Assembly (NCBI GenBank): GCA_034780895.1
Contig: JAUZTB010000076.1
Coordinates: 45,303,557 to 45,367,556 of the forward strand
From: Rhynchobatus australiae
Lineage: Eukaryota
Reading direction: 5' to 3'
DNA: 64,000 bases
Below, piece by piece: positions 35,649 to 49,509 of this stretch (position 1 is the stretch's first letter; each line of letters begins with the position of its first letter). The position numbers and the translations under genes are program-made. The notes beneath the pieces were generated by a model. That model saw only the letters and a program-made list of their open reading frames with translations, was not told the origin of the DNA and made no database searches.

Positions 35649-35837
35649 CACTGGAGCTCAGGAGGTCAAGCAGCAACAATGGAAGGAATTAAACAGTCAA
35701 CATTTCAGGTCAACACCCTTCACCTGAAAGTCGACTGTTTCTTTTCCTCATAGATGCTGCCTGACCTGCTGAGTTCCTCCAGCATTTTGTGTGTGTGTGT
35801 TGCTCCAGATTCCAGCATCTGTAGAATCCCTTGTGTC
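35649..35837. mobile_element. Foldback Penelope-derived insert with ~14-bp TSD
   Basis: Head-to-head terminal repeats joined within the hammerhead region. TCCACACCACACGT (35635-35648) vs TCCATACCACATGT (35838-35851). Confidence 0.75.
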
Positions 35838-36879
35838 TCCATACCACATGTATATGTTTACTAAGTTATTTCCCTCCCAGCTATAGTCTCACAGGTGCAA
35901 GTTGCACAAACTGAAATAGGTAAACTTGTTCCACAACATTCTGGTAATGACTGCCGATGACTTCTGAAGTCGATTACAAATGCCAGTTCTTATGACCTGT
36001 TTATTATTTTCTTACTGTATTAATTATGGTCATCCCAAATAAGGGGCAGAGAAATAAGAGATGCAATATGACAAATGAAATACCTTAACATTGCACAAAG
36101 TAGGGCATCAAAAGCAGGGTAATGGGACAACAGAGCAGAGAAGGGCAAGAGCATTAGTGCAATAAAGCATGGCACTACATTGATTGGAATGCTACTCTTG
36201 CAAGCTAAGTGAAGCAAATGCTTTCACCAGTGAAGTTCAGTTTGGCCCAATTGTATAATTTGAAATGTCAATTGCTGCAAAGGCTTAAAATGGACCTCAG
36301 TAGAATGAGGGATTTTTAATTGTTCTTTGGCTTGAAACATTAGCCTCCCTGGGCTGGATTATTGGTATAATGAGTTGGTGTTAAGGCTGTATTAAGTTGG
36401 TCATTTGGTTTGGGCTGGAGATAATATTGCAGATTCTTTATGAAAATATCCTTTCTATGAGGAAGTCCCTTATATTCCACACAGCTAACACCCATCTCCT
36501 CCAACCAGCTGGGTGACAAGGTGATGGATGTTAAACAAGAATTTCCCTGTACTACTACTGTTTCCTGGTCTCCAGAGCTCCTTTCTCTCTGGCATCAGCT
36601 ACTGTTTTTAATTGGCAAGGTTATGCAGTGCACCTGCCTGGCAGGATTTCATCTTCAGAAAAACTTAACAGGAGATTTGAAAAGAGCCGAGTTTCTGTGC
36701 CTGTGAGTTTCACCTTGCAGGAGTTGGAATTTGGAGCGGGAGATTTGAAAACAGGCAAGTCTCTGTGCTTGTGTGTTTCACCTTGCAGGAGTCTAAAGAG
36801 GCACATTTGCAAGTTGTTAACAGTTGATTGGTACATTGGCTAATTAACAACAGCCAATAAAAAGTAGTAAGTGTCAAAC

Positions 36880-38050
36880 AGAGCAGCCAATGTGAGAGTG
36901 AATACCAACCTGACGATACCAGGCTTCAGTGAGGGCGAGCAACACTAAGGTGAGGGTAGGTTCTTATTCATTTTTTCTGCCTCTTATTTTCCCTCAAAGC
37001 TTTTTAGTCATGGCAGGTGAGCTCAGACCAATGTCATGCTCCTCCTGTGCAATGTGGGAACTCAGGCAGGCTGCCAGTGTCCCTGATGACAACGTGTGCA
37101 GGAAGTGTGTCCAGCTGCAGCTCCTGACAAACTGCATAACAGCACTGGAGCTGCACATGGATTCACTTTAGAGCATCTGTGATGCTGGGAATGTTGTGGA
37201 TAGCACGTTTAATGAGCTGGTCACACTGCAGGTTAAAGGCCTAGGGAAAGATAGGGAATGGGTGACCAACAGGCAGAGCAGAAGCAGGAAGGTAGTGCAG
37301 GAGTCCCCTGTAGTCATTCTCCCTCCAAAACAGATATACCGCTTTGGATACTGTTGGGGGAGATGGCTCATCAGGGGAAGGCAGCAGTAGCCAGGATCAA
37401 GGCAATGTGAGTGGCTCTGCTGCACAGGAGAGCAGGAAAAAGTGTGGCAGAGCTATAGTGGTAGAGGATTCTGTAGCAAGGGGAATAGACAGGAGCTTCT
37501 GTGGCCGCAAATGGGACTCTTAGTTGGTGCGCTGCCTCCCAGGTGCACGGGTCAGGGATGTCTCAGAGCAGCTGGAGGGCAGTCTGGAAGGGAGGATGAA
37601 CAGCCAGTTGTCATCGTGCATGTAGGTACCAACAATATAGGAGAAAAAAAGCAGGATGAGGTCCTACAAGCCAAATTTAGGGAGCTAGTAGATAGATTAA
37701 AAAGTAGGATCTCAAAAAGGTAATAATCTCAGGATTACTAACTGTGCCACGTACTAGTCAGTAAGAATAGCAGCATAGTTGAGATGAATATGAGCAGTGG
37801 TGCAGGAGGGAGGGTTTGAGATGCCTGGGGTATTGGAGCCAGTTTGGCAGAGGTGGGACCAGGACAAACCAGACAGTCTACACCTGGACAGGACTGGCAT
37901 CAATGCCCAAGGGGGACTGTTCATTAGTGCTGTTGGGGGAAAGAGTTTAAACTAATCTGGCAGGTGGATGGGAATCCATATAGAAAGACAGAGAGAAGCA
38001 AAGCAGAGACCAGAGTGAAAGCTAGAAAAGAGAAAAATAAGAGTGGAGTA
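36880..38050 (+). mobile_element. CR1 LINE 5' region, ORF1 remnant (zinc finger plus SGNH esterase)
   Basis: MSCSSCAMWELRQAASVPDDNVCRKCVQLQLL and PVVIVHVGTNNIGEKK..EVLQAKFRELVDRLKSR. Stops and frameshifts present. Confidence 0.85.
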
Positions 38051-38512
38051 CAGTCTGCAATGTTTTTGCTTTGATTTAAAAGGCTTAATACTAAATATGA
38101 TCACATTCTCAAAATGAAAGATTTGAACTCATTAGAAGCCTATTCTAGGGCTTTGAAAATCTAAAAGCAGAGAGCTGCTATAATTGACTGGTTTCAGGGT
38201 CACTAGTTTTTAATTAATAATATCAGTCCTGGAATTACCCTGCACCAGACAAAAAGGTAACATTTTCTCTTTTTAGTAAGATTAATATTCCTCACTGCTA
38301 TTAGCATGATTTGTTTCAATGAAATTCAGCTAATAGATCTTTAGCGTGCAGCTCATCACATCAGATTGTGTGTATTAAACACAAGAACTTGCATGTGTTC
38401 ACAACTGAGATTGACAATTGATGCCAGCTATTTTCATTCTTACACCAGCTCCATTGTCTGGTAGAAAAATATCAAGTGACCCAAGAACCAAATTATTAAG
38501 TCTAATGACAGC

Positions 38513-39756
38513 ATGACACCTGAACCCATAGTCACCATTGCAGATGGAAGATCAGTCTTCTGGAGAGTGAACCCGTGGAAAGCATCTGGCCCGAATAGCA
38601 CCCCTGGCCATGTCATTAGATCCTGTACAGATCAGCTGGTGAGGGTACTTGCAGACATTTTAAACCTCTTCCTGCTTCAATCTGAAGTTCCCACCTGCTT
38701 GAAGACCACTATCATCCTTGTACCTACAAAATATAAGGTAACATGCCTTAATGACTACATGATGGTGGCTCTGACATCCACCATCATGAAGTGCTTCAAG
38801 AGACTGGTCATGGCACATCATCTCCAGCCTCCCAAACAACCTCAACCCACTGCAATTCACCTACTGCCAAAACAGGTCTATNNNNNNNNNNNNNNNNNNN
38901 NNNNNNNNNNNNNNNNNNNNNNNNNNNNNNNNNNNNNNNNTTATGTTAGAATATTATTTATTGACTACAGCTCTACCTTCAATACTACAATTCCAAGTAA
39001 ATTCATCACCAAAATCCAAGTCCTGGGACTCAACACCTCCCTCTGCAACTGGATTCTGGACTTCCTGACCAAGACACCGCAGTCACCTCCCCCATGATTA
39101 TCCTCAACACTGGTGTCCCACAAGGCTGTGTCCTCAGCTCTCTACTCTATGCCATTGGAAGACGATCCATTGAAAATTACCAGTACCTCTACTTTCTCAG
39201 AAGGCTAAAGAAGTTTGGTATGTCCCTGCCAACCCTAACCAATTTTTAATCTATGCTTTATAGAAAGCATCCTATCTGCATCCATCACAACTTGGTATGG
39301 AAACTGCTCTGTCTGTGACCACAAGAAACTGCAGAGTGTTGTGGGCACAGCTCAGTACATCATGGAAACCTGCCTCCCCTCCATGGACTCTATATTTCTC
39401 CTGGCCATGCTTCAGTAAAGTAGCAAGCATAATTAAAGACCCCACTCTCTTCTCCCCTCTCCCATCAGACAGAAGACGCAAAGGCCTAAAAGCATGTACC
39501 ACCAGGCTCAAGGACAGCTTCTACCCCATTGTTATGAGACTATTGAATGGTTCCTTAGACCTCAGATGGATTCTTGACCTCACACCTTATTGCCTACCTG
39601 CAGTGCACTCTGTAGCTGTTACACTTTATTCTGTATTGTTATTGTTTTACCTTGTACTACCTCAATGCACTATGTAATGAATTGATCTCTGAACGGTAAG
39701 CAAGACAAGCTTTTCAGTGTACCTCAGTACATGTGACAATAATGAACCAATTCCAA
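38513..39756 (+). mobile_element. Rex1/Babar-clade LINE remnant
   Basis: [79 protein letters not shown]. 3' tail GTACATGTGACAATAA…CCAATTCCAA. Confidence 0.85.
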
Positions 39757-42700
39757 CGTCGGAGCTAAAGTCCTCAGCAAAACCTGGCTAAATTTGTCCA
39801 CCACAGTGAAGAGCATTATATAGCTGAACCATGGAACCAAAACAAAACCAAAGCCTCAGCCTGGCTTTCTTGATTGTAAATGACTATAATCTTTGCTTCT
39901 TTGGCAGAGGCTTTAAAATAATGCTGTCCCTTTAAGTAATATTCCCTGTATGGTGCAAAATATAAAGTTTCGACAGTCAAAAATCAGTCAAGGTCATTAC
40001 CAAAGATCATTGCCAAAGGCCAAAAGCAGAAACAATTTAAACTTAAAAATATAAAAGTTTATTGATTCAACATGATAGCCAGCTGCAGCATTTAGTTACC
40101 ATTGTGACATCTGTATCTCCCCAGCAGTTTAGGAAGTACATTTGTATTTTTAATGTTATGCAAGATGCACAATATTGGTGTTTTGAAATCCAACAGGCCC
40201 TATTGACAGCAACCACAGAAACAGACCTTCCCTTAGTTCTTCAGTAAAAAAATACCTTCCATCCACAATTTTACTCTTGCAATTTGCTTCCTCTCACCAC
40301 TGCCCACCATATCCTATAAATAAAATGGATTGGTCCATAACTAGATGCACCTTTTGAAAGTCAGGTCATATTCTAACAGCAAAATGNNNNNNNNNNNNNN
40401 NNNNNNNNNNNNNCGCCAGCTGAGTTTTAATTTTACCAGTAGGTCTTTGGGGTTTTATCTGCCTAAAGTACAAACTGTTTAAAACCTAAAACTTCAAGTT
40501 CCAGTTATGCAGAAAAAAATCATCTTCGGTCCAAATTAGTCACTCCAACCAGATTGGTTGTAAAAGGCACTGCTGCTACTGTTTAGTCTGCTCTTGGTTA
40601 GGGAAAACAAAACCAGCACTGAATTTTGTCAGATATTGTACCACCATAATGTAACATTAAAAGGTTTGAGATTACAATTAAACAAGCACCCAGTATTCAG
40701 ATTCTTGATCAAAATCAATACCAGAATTTGTTGGGATGTTTCAGTTAAGATCCAAGTTTAACTCCAGTGTCTCTCTTGTTCAGTATGTGTGAACTCTTGC
40801 CCCATGTGAACATACTGTTACCCAGACACCAAACAGAAACCTTTTATGAAGTTAGTTCAATGAATTAACATATTGCCTATCAGGTTTTCAGTCTGATAAA
40901 ATACATTTCCTTTCTCCCCCTACCACACAGATTCTGTAAGAGCGAATTTTATTTTGTATTTCAAATTTTGGGGTACTGATTTCTGAGTTCTTTAAGGGCA
41001 AATTTCTGATACCCAAACAACAATAACACAGGGGTCACTTGTAGAGGTAAAATTTATTCTTCTAATAATCAAATGCATTCTTGAATACAAGATCCATATT
41101 CAAATAACTTAAAAAAACAATAATTCCAGGTAGTATACATTACACCTGTATGTTTNNNNNNNNNNNNNNNNNNNNNNNNNNNNNNNNNNNNNNNNNNNNN
41201 NNNNNNNNNNNNNNNNNNNNNNNNNNNNNNNNNNNNNNNNNNNNNNNNNNNNNNNACATTACACCTGTATGTTTCAGATGAAACACACACTCCCAATAAC
41301 TAAATTCATACTTTGTGTAAACCAGAGTAGTGGAATCCAAGATCAAATTGATGAGTTTACACCAGAAGTCAAACCCTCACATTTGGTTTGCAGCTAGCAC
41401 CTTCTATAGCCAATGCAACATGCTCACTAACAGGAGTTGCTATAACACTTAACAAGCCAGCCACTTACTTCTAAATTGCCTTTCAAAAATCTCAGTGCCG
41501 AACTTCTATCCCAATAAACATGAACACATGCACAACAGCATCTTCTTATAATAGATTTCAAAGAAAATTCTTATACTTGCAACACATGCTAGCCAACTGA
41601 GGCATGGATAATGAAAAAGCCAATCATGCATTCCACTTGGAGGATTTTAACACTTCCTCTCCTGAAATAAAGATGGACTTCCAGGGCAGCATTGCCACCG
41701 CCTTACTCAGGATCATCCTTTCTACAGAGGTACAAATAGCAAATATTAGGAGGTTTTATTACCCATACATCACAGCCAAGTGAAATCCTATTTTCATCGG
41801 AAGTCCAGAGGATTGCTCCTGCTACAAAAAGGATTTGTTGTTTTGGTAATGCTCCTGTTCTAAAAAAAATGTGAGAGAGAAGAAAAGCACAACAAAGAGC
41901 CACAGAAAGGCAAATGCAACACTTAAAGATGCACGCTTCCTAAAATATTATAAAATGTGACATGTAAATTAAAATCATTTAATCATGAGGGACTGACATC
42001 GACCTTGGATCAAATGGTACTTTGTAAGTAAGAAATTTGTGACTTCCAAGACCAATCCTAACGATAAGCATGACACTTCAGTGCTCCACTGTCACTGTTT
42101 GCAGATTCAATAGCCTGCATGCCTAACAATCTTTGCCAGGTTGAAGTTTAAAAAAAAAGCACAAACACACTGGGATCACAAGGCCAAGACTTTTCTCCTG
42201 ACTGGTGGTCTCAATGTTGCCTTAAAATCTGATGCAGGAACATATGTGGAATGCACCAGAAACTATAATGACCTACTATTCCCATCACGTGCACTGGGTT
42301 AAAATTGTGCCACTCTCAGGATCTGTATTGTTTGTTTGCTCAAGGAGGTGGCAGAACCAACTCCCTCAAACAGTTCCAGTTTAATATCAGACTACTAAGG
42401 CAAACAATTAAAATCAAATTTGCATTTCTTTTCATTCAACAAACCTGGTTAAAATAGTAATTCAGTGAAATGGTACACTGTTCTCTTGGTTAGTGCAAGA
42501 GGCATTTATAGCTGATCAGCATACAGGCAGCAGCTATGCTGTCATAAGCTTAATGCTAAAAACAATCACAGTATTGTCTTCATTTGTCAGTATTTAACAA
42601 CATTCCTGAGGTGACACTGTTAACTAACTCTTGCTGTGTACACAATTAGCAAACTGGGATTCTGAAGTAACTATGCCATCATTGAAAGCACTCACCACTT

Positions 42701-43164
42701 ATTTCATTTAAGTGCTGAATACACAGGTACACTACTTGCACTCAGGATGCCTTCCTAAGAATAAAAATGGTAACGGGAGTCATTACAGCATTTTATATAG
42801 AGATGCATGACCAACAGTATTCCCTGCTCTTCCTGTTGCTCCACACTGCTCTGCCAAAAGCCTGGCATGAACCCCTGCCTTCTCCAGCAACAAACTACCC
42901 TACAGTTTGGTGTCAAGAGGCTGTCTGCAAAGTGGCCGTTGGGTTGTCTGGGCCAAGCAGTGCACCTACTCAGCATGGAAACGTGCGCCTCATTGTTGCA
43001 CACTGTCTGGTACAGCAAATGCAGACCATTGCTGGAGACAGGAAGCACCCGCTGCACGTGTTGACAGAATGTCCAGATCTGATAATCTCCCTCATCATCT
43101 CCTGTTGGATGCCCTGAATGCTTCTGTCTCTCCTATGTTTTTGGCTACTCACCCAAAAAATTGA

Positions 43165-44110
43165 GCTGGAAAACTGAAAATGCTGGAAATTCAGGTCAGG
43201 CAGCATTTGTAGAAAGGAAAATGTTTCAGATGAAAGACACTTCATCAGAACTAGGAAAGAGAAAACAAGGTTAGTTTTAAGTTGAAAGCTAGGGAATGAT
43301 GCATAGGATAAAAGGAATCTCTCCAATAGGTAAAGCCAAAGTTGTTGTGATAAACTCTTGGAGTCACCTGGTTGATAGATTAATGAGTGAATTTACAAAA
43401 ACAAAGGAACATGTAAAAAGCTGGATCATGCAGAGGGGAAGCCACAGTTATGGAGAAGACACCAACCAGACATCATTCCCTCCCAGCAATCCAAAGAGGT
43501 TGTTCCCTTCTTAATTCCTCAGTCCACTCTTCCATCGTCACCAGGTATTCCTCTTCCCATGCAGCCTCAAGAGATGCAGCACGCATCCTTCTACCTCTTT
43601 CCACCATCCAGGAACTCAAACAGTCCTTTCAGATGAAGCAGCAATTCGCCTGTACTTCTTCAAATCTAGCACAATATATTCAGTACTCACAATGTGGTAT
43701 TTTCTACAATGGAGAAAACATATGCAGATACTATGATAGCTTTACAGAGAACCCGTGTTCAATCTTCAAGGACAACCTGAGCTTCCAGTTACCTGCCACA
43801 TTAATTCTGAACCCCACTCTAATCTGTGGTTTGGACTCTACCACTGTTCCAACAAGGACCAATGCAAGCTTGAGGAACTGACATCATCTTCTGCCAGGGA
43901 ATGCTACAGTCTTCCAGACTTGAAATTTAATTCAACATTTTCAAGTAATTCACCTTTTTCTTGCTGCAGACGCACTTGCTCTTTCTGATTGCTTTATCAA
44001 CAGTTCTGACAAAGTGTTTTTAACCAAAAACATTAGCTTTACACAGACTACTTGACCTGCTGAGTGTTTCTCACATTTTCTTTCATTTCACAATTCCAGC
44101 TTCTATTCTT
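43165..44110 (+). mobile_element. Penelope-like element: GIY-YIG endonuclease fragment between inverted terminal repeats
   Basis: ORF 43450-43881 contains KQSFQMKQQFACTSSNLAQYIQYSQCGIFYNGE (GIY-YIG pattern). Terminal repeat on - at about 43170-43255 and on + at about 44000-44110. Confidence 0.8.
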
Positions 44111-45259
44111 TTGCCTTGCTAAATTTCAATCCTCAAGCTCACACCACAATAGCATAGAGCAGGGAGGGCAGAGGTTTGCCCCAGATTCTCAGCACAGCAG
44201 TGTGAAGCCTGACTGAATGCCTTTGGAAGAACAGGGGAGTGCATACCTGTGAGTACTGGAACTGGAGGACCACGAGCTCTGTAGCACCAAACAGGGTATC
44301 AGTATAAAGCATCTGTGGAATACTGAGTGTTGACTTCCTGTGCTAATGCTTCTGGGAATTTGGGGGTGGGGGGGAAGCAGTCTGGAAGTATGGAAAACTT
44401 AAGGGATCATGGTGCTGTGGCTTGGGGAAGGGATCAAAGACAGTTCTTGTCAAAAAGAAGTGTGATGGGAAAGGGAAGCATGCAACTCACCTCGCATACA
44501 CAGGGGCACATCACATACAAGTCAATTACCTCTGTTTAAAACAAATAGTGAATGCTGTTTATATTGTACTGAATATTAGGAGAATACATTTATTTCAAAA
44601 TTAGAGGTCATATTGCAGGTGATTTAAGTATTAAATTTAGGTCACCTCAATAGAGTCACAAGAGGCTTGAAATCATCCAGAATAGACAGATCATTTATTT
44701 AGCAACCTTGCCATTAGACTCAATATCCCCTCCACAGAGACTGCAGTATTTATAGCCTCTGCAAAATCCAATTTTTATTTTATAATGATTTCAACTGATA
44801 AAACAATCTCTTTTTAGACTTTGATCTGAATTTTCAGAACAGCACAAGGTTTGGTTTGGGATGGGGGTTTAAGAATCTATTAACATTAGTTGCAAACCAA
44901 ATTCCTGCCAAAGTGTGTAAATATCAATGTCGTACCTGAATTAATAATTAAATTTGTTTGGAAATAATAAATTCATACAAAAAAAGGTGAAAAGTACAAA
45001 AAAAACTCATGTCTTTTGCTACAGTTACAGGAATACAGACATTAACTTTCCATTATTAGCAATGGAGCAATTATTTCATTGACTTGCAAGAGTTTGGCAA
45101 AATTGATATTTGTTGATTAAAATAAAACTAGAATTCTGCCCAGGTCAAGTTTATACATCTTCAGGATACAACATGTAATTGATGACCTTAAGTGTTAACT
45201 GTTTCTCTCCCCACCTAAATGACCTAAAGAAAAGTTTCAGCATTTTCTGTTGTTATTTA

Positions 45260-45650
45260 GGGTTAAGTGAGGGTTGTCTTCTTTGAAACAGGAGGCTGAA
45301 GGGAAACTAGGTTGAGGAGTATGAAATATGCGTATAAAACTGAGGAGTCCAGATAAACTAGAAAAAGCCTTTATTCTTTATCAGAGGAGTCAAAAACCAG
45401 GAGGAGGCATAGATTTCAAGTAATGAGAAGGATTAAGGGGAAAATGAGGAAACAATTTTCACTCAGAATGATAGGGGTGCTTGAGACTCAGTGCTCAAAA
45501 AGAGACACAAAAATGCATACAGTATTTAAACAGTACTTGCATGTGTACTTGAAGAAAGGTGACCTGCAAGATTATCTATTAAGCTGGAAAACACTTTCAA
45601 CTGTCACAGAAGTGATGACCCAAGTGGCCTCCTTGTGCACTATATTTTCT
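45260..45650 (+). mobile_element. Old CR1 3' fragment
   Basis: TTTGAAACAGGAGGCTGAAGGGAAACT…CATAGATTTCAAGTAA…AATGAGGAAACAATTTTCACTCAGA pattern. Confidence 0.55.
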
Positions 45651-46559
45651 ACAAGTCATATAAAGTTTAACTTGTGCTTTGAAAAGAAATCTTTCTGCTT
45701 TTGCCACCATCCATGCTCACACTCAACCTCTTTGATACCAGTGAATATCCTTCATGCACCAGTCTGGACAGCTATTGCACCTATGCAAGGCACTGCAGTC
45801 ACACTTGATTTTGTTTCTGCAAGTACATTTCATTCAGATGCCTGGATAATAAACACGAGTAGTACATCTCCAAGTCACAGGGCCAATTGCAATTCCTTAA
45901 CTATCCAAACACTGTTTGGGACTTTTCTTTTGTTAACCCAATTTAATGGAATGGCCCAGTAGGTCACGGGAAATTCCACTAGACAGTTGAATCTTTTCAG
46001 TCTGACTGACACCAGTAGCTATCAGACAGCCTAGCAATGAATCCTTCACCGTGATGCAGCTTTCCCATATTCCTAGTGTATATATATGGATTAATGTGGT
46101 AGGTAATAGATCAATAATTAAATTTGATTGCATCATGAAGACTAGAAATATGACTCTTTACTCAGCTCACACAAATGTTGATGGTAATATAGGTCAAGTT
46201 TATCAGACTACAAAAGGTCAGGCCAATGCAATTTCATGATTTTAAAACAAAAACTAAAGTATTCTTTGTCAAAGGAATGGAAAGCAGTGTTTAACAATTA
46301 AAAGAGAACATTACATGGCTCTCCGCAGAATGATTTTACTTCTGGTGGGTAGAGTAGCATTAATAAACATGTATAGCTTTTCTAAAATTTGTCCTGATAA
46401 TCAAAGTTTATTTAAAAAAAGGGTTAAGAAATCCACATACATCCTCAGTGATTGGAAGTACTGAAGCCCAATCTCTAACTCAGTGGATTACAGCCTTTAA
46501 TATCTTAAGCATGACTCACAAGGCTACAGTAATTCCAATGCATCCTTTGAGTTACAGTC

Positions 46560-47480
46560 AATGGGAATGTAGTGGATGCAATTTATCTAGATTCCAAAAG
46601 ACCTTCCAAAATGCTTCTCATAATAGGCTAATAAGGTTGAAAAATGTGGAGTCAACAGAATGGATGGTTCATTGGTTCCAGAACAGAAAGGGTNNNNNNN
46701 NNNNNNNNNNNNNNNNNNNNNNNNNNNNNNNNNNNNNNNNNNNNNNNNNNNNNNNNNNNNNNNNNNNNNNNNNNNNNNNNNNNNNNNNNNNNNNNNNNNN
46801 NNNNNNNNNNNNNNNNNNNNNNNNNNNNNNNNNNNNNNNNNNNNNNNNNNNNNNNNNNNNNNNNNNNNNNNNNNNNNNNNNNNNNNNNNNNNNNNNNNNN
46901 NNNNNNNNNNNNNNNNNNNNNNNNNNNNNNNNNNGAGATCTTGGTTTTTTGAAAAACCAAGAGATCTTGGTTTTAATCTTGACTGCTAAATTAGTACCAA
47001 GGCCATCAGAAGTTGCACTTCATGAGCAGAAGCATGATAAAAAGAAAAACACTTGGGTTTATTTCTAGACAAATTGAAAACCTGGGAAGTTATAATAAAG
47101 CCACATCAAACTTTAAGTCAATCACGTTGAGACAACTGCACACAGTTCTGGTTGCCATATAATGAGAAGAATTAAGGCACCGTAGAAAAGATTTACAAGG
47201 ATAATACGAAAAAAATAAAAGCTATGCCTATCAGGGAAAGATGAACAGACTGGGCTTTTTTTCTCTGAGCAAAGGTGACAGAGGGAAACCTAACAGTGGT
47301 GAGATGTGGAATTTATTACCACAGAGTGATTGAAACAAATGGTAGGAGGTAGGGCATGCATGAAGGAGAATGTATAAGTTTACACTCATGGGGAAAAAAA
47401 AACAGGTGGCGGCTTGAGTGGAGCATAAATGTCAACAATGACTGGTTGGTCCCAATGGCCTATTTGGTGCCATACATCAG
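46560..47480 (+). mobile_element. Old CR1 RT/3' fragment
   Basis: GTGGATGCAATTTATCTAGATTCCAAAAGACCTT (VD.IYLDF.KAF), CAGTTCTGGTTGCCA and a CR1-type tail. Confidence 0.55.
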
Positions 47481-48539
47481 ATACATTTCTTATTGGATTA
47501 GTAAATAATACGTTTTAATTTGGTGCAAACTCAACAATTATTTTTGAAAAAAGTAGATACATGGTGGTTAGTCCAATGGATTGCAATTCAAAGACCTAAA
47601 CTAATAACTCAGAGAATATAAATTTAAACTGCACTACAGCAGTATGAAAATTTGCATTTAGGATTGAAATTACTGTAAGTGGACACAAAGCTTTCAGACT
47701 ATTGTAATGCCATAAAACATGTCCTTTTTTATTTCACTTGCTTTTGGATCACAGCAATCAAATCTCCCTCCAATCACACTTGGCACTCTGGCAACCTCCG
47801 AGCACAATAATACCCGCAGAATCAGGCCATTCAGGCTCTCTGATCTATTCCGCCATTCAGCATCCTGAGAGATCTTCCGCCTCAACTCAATTTCCCGACC
47901 TTACCCCCCAAAACAAAAAGACTGAGCCTCCAGGTTACAGAATTCCAAAGAGTCATCACTCTGAATGAAGAAATATTTCCTCATTTTATCCACTACTTAA
48001 AAACTCTGCATTTGTTTTTTTTTGCTAGTAATGGGCAATCTAATTTTTCAGTCAACTAGTCCAAAATTGTTTATTTCCATAATTGGATTCAACAGCCGAT
48101 TGTGCAACACTCCATTTCACCATCTCAATGTGCTCTTTAAATTTATTTCCTACTTCTTTTCCGCATTAAACACGTAGCAACCATAGATGTTCATTATGGT
48201 TTACGTTCCAATTTTCATAACATTTGAATTCCCTGATAATCAGGCAACTCTGACCAGTGAACAACGAAACCAACCACAGGCATACCCCTTTCTTTAAATT
48301 AGCTGCCGTCACCGAGATGGGTGTTTTCGCGACAGTAGAAAAATGCTGAGGAAAAGTTTAAAAATAAACGCCACTGTTCCAGAACAATTTACAGCTGTGG
48401 ACATTTTTTTTGGTCGCAAAACCATGATTCATGTTCCGGTTGCATTTCATGCAAGCGACATTAATCCTAACAGCTGGCTATCAATACACTTCCTACTCCT
48501 CCCAGATCACTGATGAGTTGACCTTAACTCTTAATGAAT

Positions 48540-48800
48540 GAACTGCACCTTATTGGCGGGGTTTAAAGATAGAGAGGCGAGTCTACACTGACGTTGCCTA
48601 TTGGTGATTTGCAGCCACGTGGTACATCTGCTGTTTCATAGCCAGCCAACGACTACGTTGCCTTGTTTCGAAACAGAAGCCGACGCATTTCCACTCATTT
48701 AGAGCTAAAGCCGGGTAAAGCTGCTAATTATCCAACAGCGAAGCAGCCAGTGGTAGACATGTGTTGCCCTGCAAAGAGGCCCGATGAGTCTCAATGCTAC
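48540..48800. promoter_or_regulatory. Promoter/enhancer-like motif cluster at the 5' end of intron 2
   Basis: ATTGG (CCAAT) at 48552 and 48600, GGCGGGG at 48555, TGACGT at 48589, CCACGTGG at 48615-48622, GTTGCC at 48593, 48657 and 48763. CpG-rich. Confidence 0.5.
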
Positions 48801-48890
48801 CTGAAATAATTCACCAAGCTCCTTGGCTGACCGCCACACATTTTAAAGAGCCGCACTTCCTCTGGCATTTAATAATTTGATGGTACTCAC

Positions 48891-49010
48891 GGCAGTTGTC
48901 CTCATCGCTGTTGTCCATACAGTCGTCGTCTCCATCACAGCGCCAGAGTAGCGAGATGCACCGATCGTTCCTGCATTGAAATTGACCCACGTCACAGTGC
49001 AGCCGAGTAC
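48891..49010 (-). CDS. LRP8: LRP8 exon 2: LDLa repeat LA1 ([40 protein letters not shown])
   Basis: ttcag| acceptor, |GTGAGT donor, 120 nt, six Cys and DxSDE. QFQCRN.RCI...WRCD.DDDC.D.SDED.C matches ApoER2 LA1. Confidence 0.95.
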
Positions 49011-49457
49011 CTGAACGGCAGGGAAACTTACACGGTTTAACATTGCAAAATAAAACAAAAACCCAACTGTAGTAATGCAAAATAACACGATGTGCGCCCT
49101 GCACCTAAGAGCTTCCACCAAAAGTGGCTCCTGGTATGGCAATATTTTTAAGATCTTAAATGATTTATTAGAAGCATTGCCATACCAGGAAATAGCTGGT
49201 CCTGTTCGGCAGTTATAATTTTTAAAAACTGCAAAAATGTTAATTACCAAAATGTTTTTAAAAAAATCTGGTATTGAATCGGATGCGCGTTTACATATAA
49301 CGCTTTGGCAGTAGAAAAATCAATATCCTTCGGCTTGCCGTTTTATTTCAACTCTCTAAACACCATCACATTCAATGAACTGGAATGAAGATATAACCCA
49401 CCATTGTCAATTACAAAATACTTGTATTTTTAAAAATAAGTCTTAACAAGTACTGAC

Positions 49458-49509
49458 CTTCAACCACGTGCAAATTCAATAATAACAACGCGAACGAAAG
49501 AATCCACAT
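49458..49509 (-). CDS. LRP8: LRP8/ApoER2 coding exon 1: signal peptide (MWILSFALLLLNLHVVE+G)
   Basis: ACAATGT start at 49509, hydrophobic 17-codon leader, phase-1 donor G|GTCAGT at 49457. Splices in frame to the LA1 exon across a 447-nt intron. Lies in a CpG-richer zone. Confidence 0.85.

Noticed and set aside
2176-49509. Gene identity as VLDLR or LDLR
   Set aside because: Eight LA repeats argue against LDLR. LA1 (QFQCRN.RCI, CD.DDDC), LA2 (PKKTC, CDGEEEC), [26 protein letters not shown] and the short intron 1 with very long intron 2 fit LRP8 better than VLDLR.
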